A stretch of DNA of 64,000 bases from Clostridia bacterium (GCA_017410375.1 JAFQQW010000051.1:12524-76523), one strand, 5' to 3'; shown: positions 46,993 to 55,920, counted from the stretch's first letter. Numbers and translations are program-made. Notes: generated from the sequence alone by a model not told the origin.

Positions 46993-47232
46993 AAAAATTT
47001 GACGATTATATAAAAATTTCACGACTACCCCATAAGTTTCACGATTACTGCAAAGTTTTCACGAATATTATAAAATTTCACGATTTGTTTATAAAAAATA
47101 ACCGCTACCCGGAATTTTACGCTCGGATAGCGGTGTTTTTGTATGTAAAATTATAATGAGAAGCCAGAAAAAGGCTTAAATAAAGGCAAAAATAAAAGGA
47201 CAACATCTCACAAAATTGTTGTCCTTATGTGG
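46993..47232 (+). repeat. Composite intergenic repeat, copy B (5 iteron-like units + two terminator hairpins)
   Basis: TT(T/G)(C/A)ACGA cores begin at 46999, 47018, 47038, 47058 and 47077 (spacing 19-20 bp). Hairpin ACCGCTA...TAGCGGT (47101-47134) + TTTTT. Hairpin AAGGACAACA...TGTTGTCCTT ends at about 47226. Confidence 0.85.
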
Positions 47233-47372
47233 GGCACGGTGACTCTGCGTTTCGCATTTCTTCGGGCGACCTCGTCGCCGGCGAAGAAATTTGTTCACTC
47301 GAGACACGACAGTCCATCAGTTTGGTATTTTTCAAAAATGTTATCAGCAACATATATGCTACATAACGCATC

Positions 47373-48350
47373 CTATCTAGTGCGTGAGCGATCGGCACTA
47401 CTCCATTCATTATAAATCTTCTCTGCAGGGCGCCCCTTTATCGGCCACCGACGGTCACCGAAGGGACGGTCGACCTGCTCGTCCCACTTCCACCAATAAA
47501 GACCGTACCACCAAGGCTCGCTTTCAAACATTTCAATAAACATTGCAAGATAATCGGCCTGCTCTTCGGGCGGAAGATTGCTTCCAAATTCTCCGAAGAG
47601 AATGGGCTTTTCATATATTTCGGCAACTCTTCTGAAACGGTGGAGCTGCGGAAGGAAATCTTCCTTTCTTTCCTCTTTTGTGAGACCGAGAATAGCGGCA
47701 GAATGATAGCAAGAAAGGGAAAGAAAATCCAAATCGTAAAACCAATGGTTTTTATCGTTTAAAACTTTTTCATAATCTATTATTCCCGTATGGGTAGTGT
47801 GGCAGGAGGTAACGGGTCCGCTGTAAACGGCACGCACCTTTTCTATCAGATTTTTCCAATAGTCGTTATAGTCAACAAGACGGTCAAGCTCACTGTCAAT
47901 ACAGTATATCTCGGCACCAGTTTTTTCTGCAATTTTTGCATAATAAACGGCGCGCTCGGTCATAGACGTAAACCAATCGGAAAGCTCGGTACGGATAAGA
48001 CCGGGTATACGTTTTCCCGTGTGATCCGCTTTCGGGAACCATATACCAAGTCTACCGGAGCCGTCAAGAGTTTCTAACATAGGACGTAGCTGAACCTTAA
48101 GTCCTAAACTATGCAAGTAGTCTATCATTTCCATAACTTCCAAATCTGAGGGTGTCATAACAAAATCCTTAAACTGCTTTACCGAATAGGTATGTTCCTG
48201 ATATACAGTCACAACAAGCACCACCCAATCGGCACCCGATTCCTTTATGGCTCTCGCTTCAGCCTTAGCTTCCTCGGTAGAAAACCAACCATTTTTTGCA
48301 CGAAATCCGAAAGTAACCCCAAGATGCCAGTTGCTAAATATATTATTCAT
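47373..48350 (-). CDS. Clan GH-A-like TIM-barrel glycoside hydrolase (GH113/GH5-like), small
   Basis: 325 aa. GADWVVLVV, IDSELD and FGEFGS blocks fit an acid/base Glu and a nucleophile Glu on strands 4 and 7. AAAGGAG SD. Confidence 0.5.
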   Translation of the reverse strand: MNNIFSNWHLGVTFGFRAKNGWFSTEEAKAEARAIKESGADWVVLVVTVYQEHTYSVKQFKDFVMTPSDLEVMEMIDYLHSLGLKVQLRPMLETLDGSGRLGIWFPKADHTGKRIPGLIRTELSDWFTSMTERAVYYAKIAEKTGAEIYCIDSELDRLVDYNDYWKNLIEKVRAVYSGPVTSCHTTHTGIIDYEKVLNDKNHWFYDLDFLSLSCYHSAAILGLTKEERKEDFLPQLHRFRRVAEIYEKPILFGEFGSNLPPEEQADYLAMFIEMFESEPWWYGLYWWKWDEQVDRPFGDRRWPIKGRPAEKIYNEWSSADRSRTR

Positions 48351-48503
48351 TTCACTTCTCCTTTGTTTTTTTATTTCATTATAGCTTCAATATAAATTTT
48401 ATCATACATATCAATTACCGGAACATCATATTCTTCCAGGATGTGATTTCAAAGGTGTACACGCCACCCTCGGGGATGCAGGAAGAAATATAAACAAATG
48501 TAT

Positions 48504-49445
48504 TCACGCTTCAAGTCCCTCCAGTAAGCCTTTTAAATAGCCAATGGCATACAATCTGCCCAACGCTGTATAGCCGTCTCCGTCTGTTTCGCCTGCCATA
48601 GCAGGAACATGATCTACACGGATGGGGACATTTATACCAAGACTTTGATAGAGTTTTAAAATTTTACCCATTTCAATTTCTCCGTTATCGTGGAATGTTT
48701 CACGAAAGCAGGTTTTGTTCCCTGTGGTATTTCTGAAATGGATAAAGAAAATTTTGTCACGAAGTTTTGGAATGATGTCATATAAATCTTCGCCCATCAT
48801 CAGGTAGGTTGCCTGACACATGGTAACACCAAGGTTTTTACTATCAACTATGTTGATAGCTTTTTTTATATTTTCATAATTTATCATTATTCGTTCAACC
48901 GTTCCTAACTTTTCCAATGGCGGATCATCAGGATGTAAGGCAAGCTTTATATTGAATTTTTCAGCATATGGAATTGCAGCTTTTATAAAGTATTCATAGT
49001 TATTCCATAATTCTGTTGCAGTTATTTTTTTGTCAACTTCTTTAAAGTCACTCAAATCAAATCCGGTAACCAAAGCACCACCGCGTTCTTCGATGCTATC
49101 CGACGTCCTCAGCCATCCAATATGTGCCATCCAGTTAAAGCAAATGGTGCGAATGTCGAGCTTGTCCATATACTCAAACATTTTAATTACTTTTTCAATG
49201 CATGCATCACGATATTCATCGCCAATTTTGATGTGGTCATGTAATTCATTGGGCATTGGCTCTATAACAATTGGTTTTATCCCAAAATCGACAAAATCCT
49301 TATATACCTTTTCCCAATGCGAAAAATCTGAAATATCAAATTCTGTGTCCTCAGGCAAGCGGATAACACCGTGTTCTACGCCGCACTGTTTTGCATAGTC
49401 CCATGTCATATCGTGACTGCTCTTAAAGTAATCTGTTAAAATCAT
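48504..49445 (-). CDS. Mannonate-dehydratase (UxuA)-family protein
   Basis: ICFNWMAHIGWLRT resembles the UxuA block CYNFMPV.DWTRT. The layout is xylose-isomerase-like TIM barrel. 313 aa and AT-rich. Confidence 0.55.
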   Translation of the reverse strand: MILTDYFKSSHDMTWDYAKQCGVEHGVIRLPEDTEFDISDFSHWEKVYKDFVDFGIKPIVIEPMPNELHDHIKIGDEYRDACIEKVIKMFEYMDKLDIRTICFNWMAHIGWLRTSDSIEERGGALVTGFDLSDFKEVDKKITATELWNNYEYFIKAAIPYAEKFNIKLALHPDDPPLEKLGTVERIMINYENIKKAINIVDSKNLGVTMCQATYLMMGEDLYDIIPKLRDKIFFIHFRNTTGNKTCFRETFHDNGEIEMGKILKLYQSLGINVPIRVDHVPAMAGETDGDGYTALGRLYAIGYLKGLLEGLEA

Positions 49446-49457
49446 AATTAAACCTCA

Positions 49458-51110
49458 TTACATAATCTTAAAAATTGTTCCGTATAATAAATTTTCAAAT
49501 TTTACTTTTTCGTCACCAACACTTATTTTTGTGCTGTCATCTTCCCAAATCTTAAATTCTTTTATGCTTGTGCCATTAAAAGAGATTTCTTTTTCTTTTA
49601 TTACAGTTGTACTCTTAAAGTCCCTTAACACTTTTTGCCAGCAATCCGACTTGTTTCTGATAAATCCAAGACTTACAGTCTTACCTTTTAAAATAAATAT
49701 ATATGCTTCATCATCAGAAAAATCTATACTTTCAAACTCTTCATTCTGAAAATCAATTTCCGAAACCATATCTGCAAGGGGTTTGAAATATTTATATAAA
49801 TTTTTCGATTCCACATATCTTTGGTCCCAATGCCATATATGTCCGCATGACGCACTCCCCAAAAAAACCGGGGTATAAACACAATCCACAAATATAATTC
49901 CTCTGTCATCACATGAGTAATATTTAAACTCGCCACTATGATTGTTATTGACAGCACCCGTTTCTGCCACTATAAATGGCATGGTGTCATCTTTAATCAT
50001 CTTCATTCCTTCTTGTATTACTTCAACGGGATGTCTTGTAGTATCAATATATTTTCCACCCTGGTCAAGATATCGATGCATCTGCTTAAAATCACATTTC
50101 CCCCACGGGAACTCATTATACACATCAAGAGTTTCCTCACAGTCTAAACTTCCGTTTGAATTTACAACTAAGTGGTCAGGAAAAAGCTTCTTAACCTTCG
50201 GAAGCATTTCTTCATTCCATTTTATAATATTTCCACTTTCTTCTCCCATGGCATTCATCTCATTCCAAAGCTCAATCGCAAAAATTACGGTATCTCCCGC
50301 ATATCTTTTTGCATATTCCTCCACTTTTTTAAGCCATTCTTTTTTCCACTTATCTTCTGTGAGCCATTCTTTTGCAGAAGAGCATTTTTCACCATTTAAA
50401 TAGAAATTTTTATTAAACATTTCGAAAATATAACTATTTTCTGATTTGTCGTAGTAAAACCATCTGAACTGCTCCAATGTGATTTTCAATTTAATCCGGT
50501 ATTTTTTTGCCATCTCTACAATCATGTCAAGCTTGGCAAACTGTTCCCACTTATACTCATCGGCATTTTGGGTATCAGGTGAAAAATATGGATGTCCTAC
50601 CCATATTCTTACAAGATTAACACCGTTTTCCGCACATTTTTTAAACCAACGCTCGTATTGTCGTAATCCCATATAATTAAACTTACCACTAAGACCAAAC
50701 TCTTTCCCATTTGACACTCCGCAAGCCCTTGGAAATGCCAGGTTTACACCAATAGGATAAAAATCTTTTCCGGATGAATAGGAAAAATATCGTCTGTCCT
50801 TCTTGCTGACTTCGATATACCCATCATCAATATTCTCTTCTGCAACAAATTCTTCATTTTTGCTCTCTCCGGATTCAAAAGTTATCTGCAAAATATATTT
50901 GCCTTTACTTTTTAGCGTAAATCTTATTTTATGACAAATGTCTCCCTCCGGATAAAGATGTTCAATTCCCTCGTTATCATATTCAATTCGCACAGGTTGA
51001 TATTCATACGAAAAAAGTTCTATCACTTTTTTATTTTCATCAACAAGATAAATACTTTTAGGTTTTTCTTTCAATTCCCTTTCGATTCTTTCATAGCATT
51101 TAATTTTCAT
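49458..51110 (-). CDS. GH5-like (clan GH-A) glycoside hydrolase
   Basis: VNLVRIWVGHPYF and the acid/base block FAIELWNEMN. Start placed at the second ATG (51110) for SD spacing. Very AT-rich codon usage. Confidence 0.6.
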   Translation of the reverse strand: MKIKCYERIERELKEKPKSIYLVDENKKVIELFSYEYQPVRIEYDNEGIEHLYPEGDICHKIRFTLKSKGKYILQITFESGESKNEEFVAEENIDDGYIEVSKKDRRYFSYSSGKDFYPIGVNLAFPRACGVSNGKEFGLSGKFNYMGLRQYERWFKKCAENGVNLVRIWVGHPYFSPDTQNADEYKWEQFAKLDMIVEMAKKYRIKLKITLEQFRWFYYDKSENSYIFEMFNKNFYLNGEKCSSAKEWLTEDKWKKEWLKKVEEYAKRYAGDTVIFAIELWNEMNAMGEESGNIIKWNEEMLPKVKKLFPDHLVVNSNGSLDCEETLDVYNEFPWGKCDFKQMHRYLDQGGKYIDTTRHPVEVIQEGMKMIKDDTMPFIVAETGAVNNNHSGEFKYYSCDDRGIIFVDCVYTPVFLGSASCGHIWHWDQRYVESKNLYKYFKPLADMVSEIDFQNEEFESIDFSDDEAYIFILKGKTVSLGFIRNKSDCWQKVLRDFKSTTVIKEKEISFNGTSIKEFKIWEDDSTKISVGDEKVKFENLLYGTIFKIM

Positions 51111-51168
51111 ATTCATACCTTCTTTTCTTTTTTTTCAGTGTAACATCAAAAAAAATCCATGTCAAGAA

Positions 51169-51185
51169 ATTTCATATTATGAAAT
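51169..51185. promoter_or_regulatory. 17-bp palindrome, candidate IclR operator
   Basis: ATTTCATAtTATGAAAT (8-1-8 perfect inverted repeat) lies immediately upstream of the -35 of the IclR promoter, in the divergent intergenic region. Confidence 0.4.
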
Positions 51186-51186
51186 A

Positions 51187-51215
51187 TTGAACTTTGAAAC
51201 AATTTGTGATATAAT
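51187..51215 (+). promoter_or_regulatory. Promoter of the IclR gene
   Basis: TTGAAC (51187-51192), 17 nt, TGaTATAAT (TATAAT 51210-51215). AGGAGAG SD before ATG 51237. Confidence 0.55.
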
Positions 51216-51236
51216 TGGTGTCAGGAGAGTGATAGC

Positions 51237-52004
51237 ATGATAGGTTCTGTACAAAAAGCAGTAAAGATTCTCAATACAATTTCCGAAGAGAAAAACAGAC
51301 CGGTTTCTCTTTTGCATATAAACAAGATTACGGGAATCAACAAATCAACCTGCTCACACATAATATCCACACTTGAATCAGAAGGCTTTGTTAAAAAGAT
51401 TTCTCACTCAAAGGGTTATGTACTTGGCCCTGCAGCATATTGTCTTTCGAGACATGGAAGGTATGAAAATGAATTTGTATCCACATGCCACCCATTGATA
51501 AACTGGCTCCATAAAAAAACAGGATATTCTGTAATTCTTGCTGTAATTGAAGGAGGTCAGAAATATACAATAGATTATATTGAGACCGAAAAAATACTTC
51601 CAGAATCTTCAGAGATTATGCCCGACGACATATATCGCACCGCAACAGGCAGAATTATAATGGCAAATATGAATAAGGATGATATAAAAAGAGTTTTTGA
51701 AAAAAACGGAATTCCGCCTGAAGGACACTGGGATGAAGTTACATCCTTTGATACATTGAATGCTGAACTTTCGGAGATTGATAAAAACGGTATCGTACAG
51801 ACACACAATGCAAGAAATGATGGCAAAATTACACTTGGTTATGCTGCCGCCGTTTTCAGATATACCAAATGCGTAGGTGCAATCGGCATTGCTGTTTTAT
51901 GCACAAGAGAAGAGTATGATCATTTTGAGGAAAAAGAAAAGCTTATAAAGCAGAATATTATAAAAGCAAGAACAGAAATAGGCAGACGCCTTAAATATTC
52001 ATAG
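51237..52004 (+). CDS. IclR-family transcriptional regulator
   Basis: N-terminal winged HTH (VQKAVKILNTISEE...INKITGINKSTCSHIISTLESEGFVKK) and a C-terminal effector-binding domain. 255 aa. Confidence 0.8.
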   Translation: MIGSVQKAVKILNTISEEKNRPVSLLHINKITGINKSTCSHIISTLESEGFVKKISHSKGYVLGPAAYCLSRHGRYENEFVSTCHPLINWLHKKTGYSVILAVIEGGQKYTIDYIETEKILPESSEIMPDDIYRTATGRIIMANMNKDDIKRVFEKNGIPPEGHWDEVTSFDTLNAELSEIDKNGIVQTHNARNDGKITLGYAAAVFRYTKCVGAIGIAVLCTREEYDHFEEKEKLIKQNIIKARTEIGRRLKYS

Positions 52005-52182
52005 GCGAAGATGGTGTAAAATAAATTCAAAGCCATTTTAAAATTACTCCCTTTGCATCTTTTTTACCTTTACAATCAATATTGTGTCCACAACCCGGAA
52101 TTCAAACTTTTAGTATGTCCATAGATTAGGATTCACACTTTTAAAGTGTCCATTTTATAGGGTACATTTTATCACGTTTATT

Positions 52183-52406
52183 CAAAAATTTAACGATTAC
52201 CCCACAAGTTTCACGATTACTATAAAAGTTTCACGATTACTGTTAAAATTTCACGATTTGTTTATAAAAAAATAACCGCTACCCGAAAATTTGATCTCGG
52301 ATAGCGGTGTTTTTATATGTGAAAATATAACGAAAAACCTAGGAATGGCTTAAATAAAGGCAAAAATAAAAGGACAACATCTCACAAAATTGTTGTCCTT
52401 ATGTGT
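52183..52406 (+). repeat. Composite intergenic repeat, copy C (4 in-phase iteron-like units + degenerate ones upstream + two terminator hairpins)
   Basis: TT(A/C)ACGA cores begin at 52190, 52210, 52230 and 52250 (exact 20-bp phase). Degenerate TTCAAAC/TTCACAC/ATCACGT cores lie at 52101, 52132 and 52171. Hairpin ACCGCTA...TAGCGGT (52275-52308) + TTTT. The second hairpin ends at about 52400. Confidence 0.85.
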
Positions 52407-52515
52407 GTTGAAGGTATGCGTTTAATAGAATTTTCCCCAGGGGGGTGCAAGCCTATAAAGTTGTCATTTCAACTTCATTCTAACGCGAAACACTTGGCAT
52501 GAAAGTTGAAAAATT

Positions 52516-54474
52516 TTATTTTACAGAATAATTATCAACTTCAAATTCGTTAAGTATGTTGCGATGCCATGTGTATCCATACAAACCGGTTTTGCCTGAC
52601 GAAAAAGTGTTGTCTGTTGCGGTAAGCAAAGCTTTGCCGTTTACACCGCACTGTAGCTGACCACCTTGCATATCCAAAAACAATTCATACGCCATTCCGG
52701 TTTGAATGGCAGTTTCCTTGCTCGCAAGCAAGGTCATTTTTTTATTCTGCACTTTATAAAGCTCCAAGTTTCCGTTTTTGTTGTTTAAGCGAGCAAGATA
52801 ATAGTTATCTTCATCCTTTGCCCTGCCGACAACGCCTGCTGTCTGTCCATCAGATAAAAGTTTGATTGTCGCCGTTACACGGCAGTTGTCATAAACATTT
52901 TTATGCAGAGCCAAAGCCGAGCCACCAACCCCTGTTTGCTTAAACGCACCATCTGCAATATGCCAGTTACCCTGCCGTATTTGCCAATCTGTACAGAAAC
53001 GCAATCCGTCTGTAAAATCGTCTGTTACACCAACTTGCTTTGCAGGTGTTACCGTAACATTTTTGGAAAAGTCATTGCTAAGTACCTGTTCCAAAGAAGC
53101 AATGGACTCGCCTGAAATTTTCAAGCCATCTAACGTTATGTTTTCGGTAAGATGCTTTGCATCATATCCTAAGACCACAACACCCCTGCCGTTTTCTGCC
53201 ACAAGATTTTTTACGGTAACACCGTCAATATGACCGCGATAATCTTCTTTTTCCACAGGGTCGGTAAGCTCTACATCGTTGCTGTAGTTTTCTTTTACAA
53301 TCTGCATATGCAATACAGCCCAGCCCGGTTCATTTTCCACAAACACATTTTCAATGTGCACATTCTTAAGGGTTACCCAGTCTTGAATATCCAGCATCAC
53401 AGCATTGCAGGAGGAATTTAAAATATATGTATTGGTAATCTTTATGTTTTCCCATAATTCTGTTTCCATAGACGAGCCGAAACGAATACCGTTGCCGCCT
53501 TCTGAGGAGTTATAAATGGTATTGTTATGCGCCACAACATTTCTTGTCGGTTCTTCTAATGTTTCCACCGCACGGACTGTATGCCAGCCAAAGCCATCAT
53601 CACCCGACATAATAAAATTGTCGTGAATATGGAAATCTTCAATGGTATCTACATCCAGTCCGTCATTTTGCACGCGCATTGCCATGGTATTCATGTTTGA
53701 AATTTCAAAGTTCTTACACTTCAAATATAATGCCTGCCATTTATGTGCGTTTCTGACACTTATACCCTCTATTTTGCCGTTGGTGCACCCTTGGAAATAC
53801 AAACCTTTTGTGCGGTTGTTGGTTTTCCACACACCTTCGTTTATTTCAGGATTGTCCACACCCGGATAAGGAGATGTGGTATATTTCTCCGCTTCAAGAA
53901 CACCGCGTCCCAAAACCTTTATATTTTCCACATTAACACCCTGAATTCTTCCGTGCACAACCGCACCTGAAGCGATGTATACCGTCTGATTACTTTTAAG
54001 ATTTATAACACCCGCCTCATGCACACCCGGTCCAAAATAAATCACATTCGGGTCATTTTTATCCGGAATTTCCGTTTCCGGTGGTGTAATCAGCAAAATC
54101 AAAGCAGGACTGTCGGGCATTTCCATCATAAGGTACATAGGCTCATTCAGTTTGAAAGAAACCGTGTTTTCCTGCACTGTTGCTTCAACGTCCCTTGCTG
54201 TAGGAGAAATTTTATACTTTTCAAGTCCTTTGCGTGCAGTAACGCTTACTTCGTACGCCCCCTCTGCAGAAAATGTGGCTACATCCCAGGAGTATCCATC
54301 CACCTTTTCGGCACGGACGGGCACTTTTATGCCATTTACCGTAACCGCATACACATCACTTTCAGGAAACAGAATATTCCCTTCGTGCGGGATTATTCTA
54401 TCCTCTGCAGAAGCTGTAAATGTAAACAGCATCAGCATAAGCAGAAAAGATATTGTAAATATTATTTTCTTCAT
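52516..54474 (-). CDS. Secreted right-handed beta-helix glycosidase-like protein (GH28/GH49-type Asp motifs) with C-terminal DUF1080/LamG-like domain
   Basis: Signal peptide MKKIIFTISFLLMLMLFTFTASA. QNDGLDVD...IMSGDDGFGWH resembles the GH28 NTDG.D / G.DD motifs. The C-terminal WQIRQGNWHIADGAFKQT... is typical of the 3-keto-disaccharide-hydrolase (DUF1080) jelly roll. Confidence 0.65.
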   Translation of the reverse strand: MKKIIFTISFLLMLMLFTFTASAEDRIIPHEGNILFPESDVYAVTVNGIKVPVRAEKVDGYSWDVATFSAEGAYEVSVTARKGLEKYKISPTARDVEATVQENTVSFKLNEPMYLMMEMPDSPALILLITPPETEIPDKNDPNVIYFGPGVHEAGVINLKSNQTVYIASGAVVHGRIQGVNVENIKVLGRGVLEAEKYTTSPYPGVDNPEINEGVWKTNNRTKGLYFQGCTNGKIEGISVRNAHKWQALYLKCKNFEISNMNTMAMRVQNDGLDVDTIEDFHIHDNFIMSGDDGFGWHTVRAVETLEEPTRNVVAHNNTIYNSSEGGNGIRFGSSMETELWENIKITNTYILNSSCNAVMLDIQDWVTLKNVHIENVFVENEPGWAVLHMQIVKENYSNDVELTDPVEKEDYRGHIDGVTVKNLVAENGRGVVVLGYDAKHLTENITLDGLKISGESIASLEQVLSNDFSKNVTVTPAKQVGVTDDFTDGLRFCTDWQIRQGNWHIADGAFKQTGVGGSALALHKNVYDNCRVTATIKLLSDGQTAGVVGRAKDEDNYYLARLNNKNGNLELYKVQNKKMTLLASKETAIQTGMAYELFLDMQGGQLQCGVNGKALLTATDNTFSSGKTGLYGYTWHRNILNEFEVDNYSVK

Positions 54475-54486
54475 ATTTCCACCTCC

Positions 54487-55920
54487 TTACTGAATGACAA
54501 CCGCATTGCTTAGCGGATACGGTGCACCGATGTTCTCAAAAGCAGTAATCTCAATTGTATCACCTGTTTGCTTTACAAATCCATTAAGCGGAATATCAAT
54601 CGCTTGTGCTACATCCTTCTGAAGCGTAACCAAATCACTCTGCCAAGCTTCTATCATGGTACCCTCGCTGTTATACCGGGTAACCAAAAGCTTTACCGTT
54701 TTATTTTCTGCGTCCAAAATCTTTGCCTTAACTGTCGCATCCTGCAAAACGCCTGTTAGCTTCAGCTTGTGACAGTATGCAGTAAACACGGTTGATTTAT
54801 CCGTAAAAGTTTTACCGTCTGTGCTTGTGAACCGATTAAATGCCACCGAATATGTCTTTCCTGCTTTAAAGCCGCTTTCCGGTTTTACAAAAAGGACACC
54901 GTTTTTTTCAGAAACTTCAAATTGAATTTTCTTACCGTCTTCCAAAACATCGATAAAATCTTCTGTTACACCACTTGCATTTTGAAAACAGAACGCTTCG
55001 GTATTTTCTGAAAGATCTTTCAACTTTCCGTTTTGTGTACCATCCTTTTCATTAAGGAACGCAAATGTAGGAACAATTGCTTCTTTCACATGTTTGGCAA
55101 ACAAAACATCATCATACACAACCATGCTTTCAGGTGCATCGGCTGACGGTGTATAGGCAAGTCTGAAACGGTAAGTACCTTCTGTTGCGTGAAAATGAAT
55201 TACATTTGCAGGCTTTGCACCGGATAAAACCTTTTGTCCGTTCAACGTAAAATCAAAAGTTCCTTTCTCAACATCAAAATCAAGCACCACATGTTGCCAG
55301 CTGTTATCGGTAAAAGTTAAAGGTGTTCCGTCCGCCTTTAAAATCGGTTCATAGGTTGTAATACCCTTTTTACAAATCCCCACCGTACCGTCATACATAA
55401 AACCAATCAGACCGACTGCCGTAGTTGCACCCGGAACATCCTTGGTGTAAGTAGATACATCTGCTATAAGACCGCTTCCGGTTCCTGCTTTTCGAATAAA
55501 AACATTATATTCAAAACGGTATTTATCCGCACCGGTAATGTTTGCAACCGGTATGTTCCACACATCCAAAAGCGCACGTCCGGGCTTACTTTCGGCAGCT
55601 GTAAAGCGAATGCCGATATCTTGGCTTAACTGTCCTTCAGAAAGCGGAATTACATATGTTTTTTCGCCCAACTCGGATACATCTACGCCAACCATATTTG
55701 AACCGCTTGCCACCATACCCCAACCGGGCATTGATGTTATATCATTCTTTGTAAATGAGGCTTCCAGAAACTTCGGCTCTGTTCCGCTGAAATTCTCCGC
55801 CAGTATATTTTCGGCAGAACCTAAAATTGCCTCTAAAGCAATCGGAGCTTCCGATGCCTGCACCGTAAACCATGACATGCATAAACACAATACACATATA
55901 ACACATAAAACTTTTTTCAT
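54487..55920 (-). CDS. Secreted protein with LamG/ConA-like domain + Ig-like domains
   Basis: Signal peptide MKKVLCVICVLCLCMSWFTVQASEA. The central ~250 aa are collinear with the C-terminal domain of the SLH protein (WQHVVLDFDVEKGTFDFTLNGQ versus WIHVAADFDAEREVYTLYLDGV; VVYDDVLFAK versus ITYIDDFILAR). Confidence 0.6.
   Translation of the reverse strand: MKKVLCVICVLCLCMSWFTVQASEAPIALEAILGSAENILAENFSGTEPKFLEASFTKNDITSMPGWGMVASGSNMVGVDVSELGEKTYVIPLSEGQLSQDIGIRFTAAESKPGRALLDVWNIPVANITGADKYRFEYNVFIRKAGTGSGLIADVSTYTKDVPGATTAVGLIGFMYDGTVGICKKGITTYEPILKADGTPLTFTDNSWQHVVLDFDVEKGTFDFTLNGQKVLSGAKPANVIHFHATEGTYRFRLAYTPSADAPESMVVYDDVLFAKHVKEAIVPTFAFLNEKDGTQNGKLKDLSENTEAFCFQNASGVTEDFIDVLEDGKKIQFEVSEKNGVLFVKPESGFKAGKTYSVAFNRFTSTDGKTFTDKSTVFTAYCHKLKLTGVLQDATVKAKILDAENKTVKLLVTRYNSEGTMIEAWQSDLVTLQKDVAQAIDIPLNGFVKQTGDTIEITAFENIGAPYPLSNAVVIQ

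Noticed and set aside
46993-47095. CRISPR array or plasmid replication origin as an explanation for the 20-bp repeats
   Set aside because: The units are contiguous with no spacers and no cas genes, so this is not a CRISPR array. No rep gene, DnaA boxes or partition genes occur nearby, and the array occurs three times in a chromosomal sugar locus. An active plasmid-type origin is therefore unlikely. It is kept as an unexplained iteron-like array in the findings.
47233-47372. Strong hairpin ATTTCTTCG-GGCGACctcGTCGCC-ggCGAAGAAAT after repeat copy B as a separate ncRNA
   Set aside because: It is a single GC-rich stem immediately downstream (minus-strand sense) of the 47373-48350 gene end. It is most simply an additional terminator or stabiliser, and there is no supporting evidence for an RNA gene.
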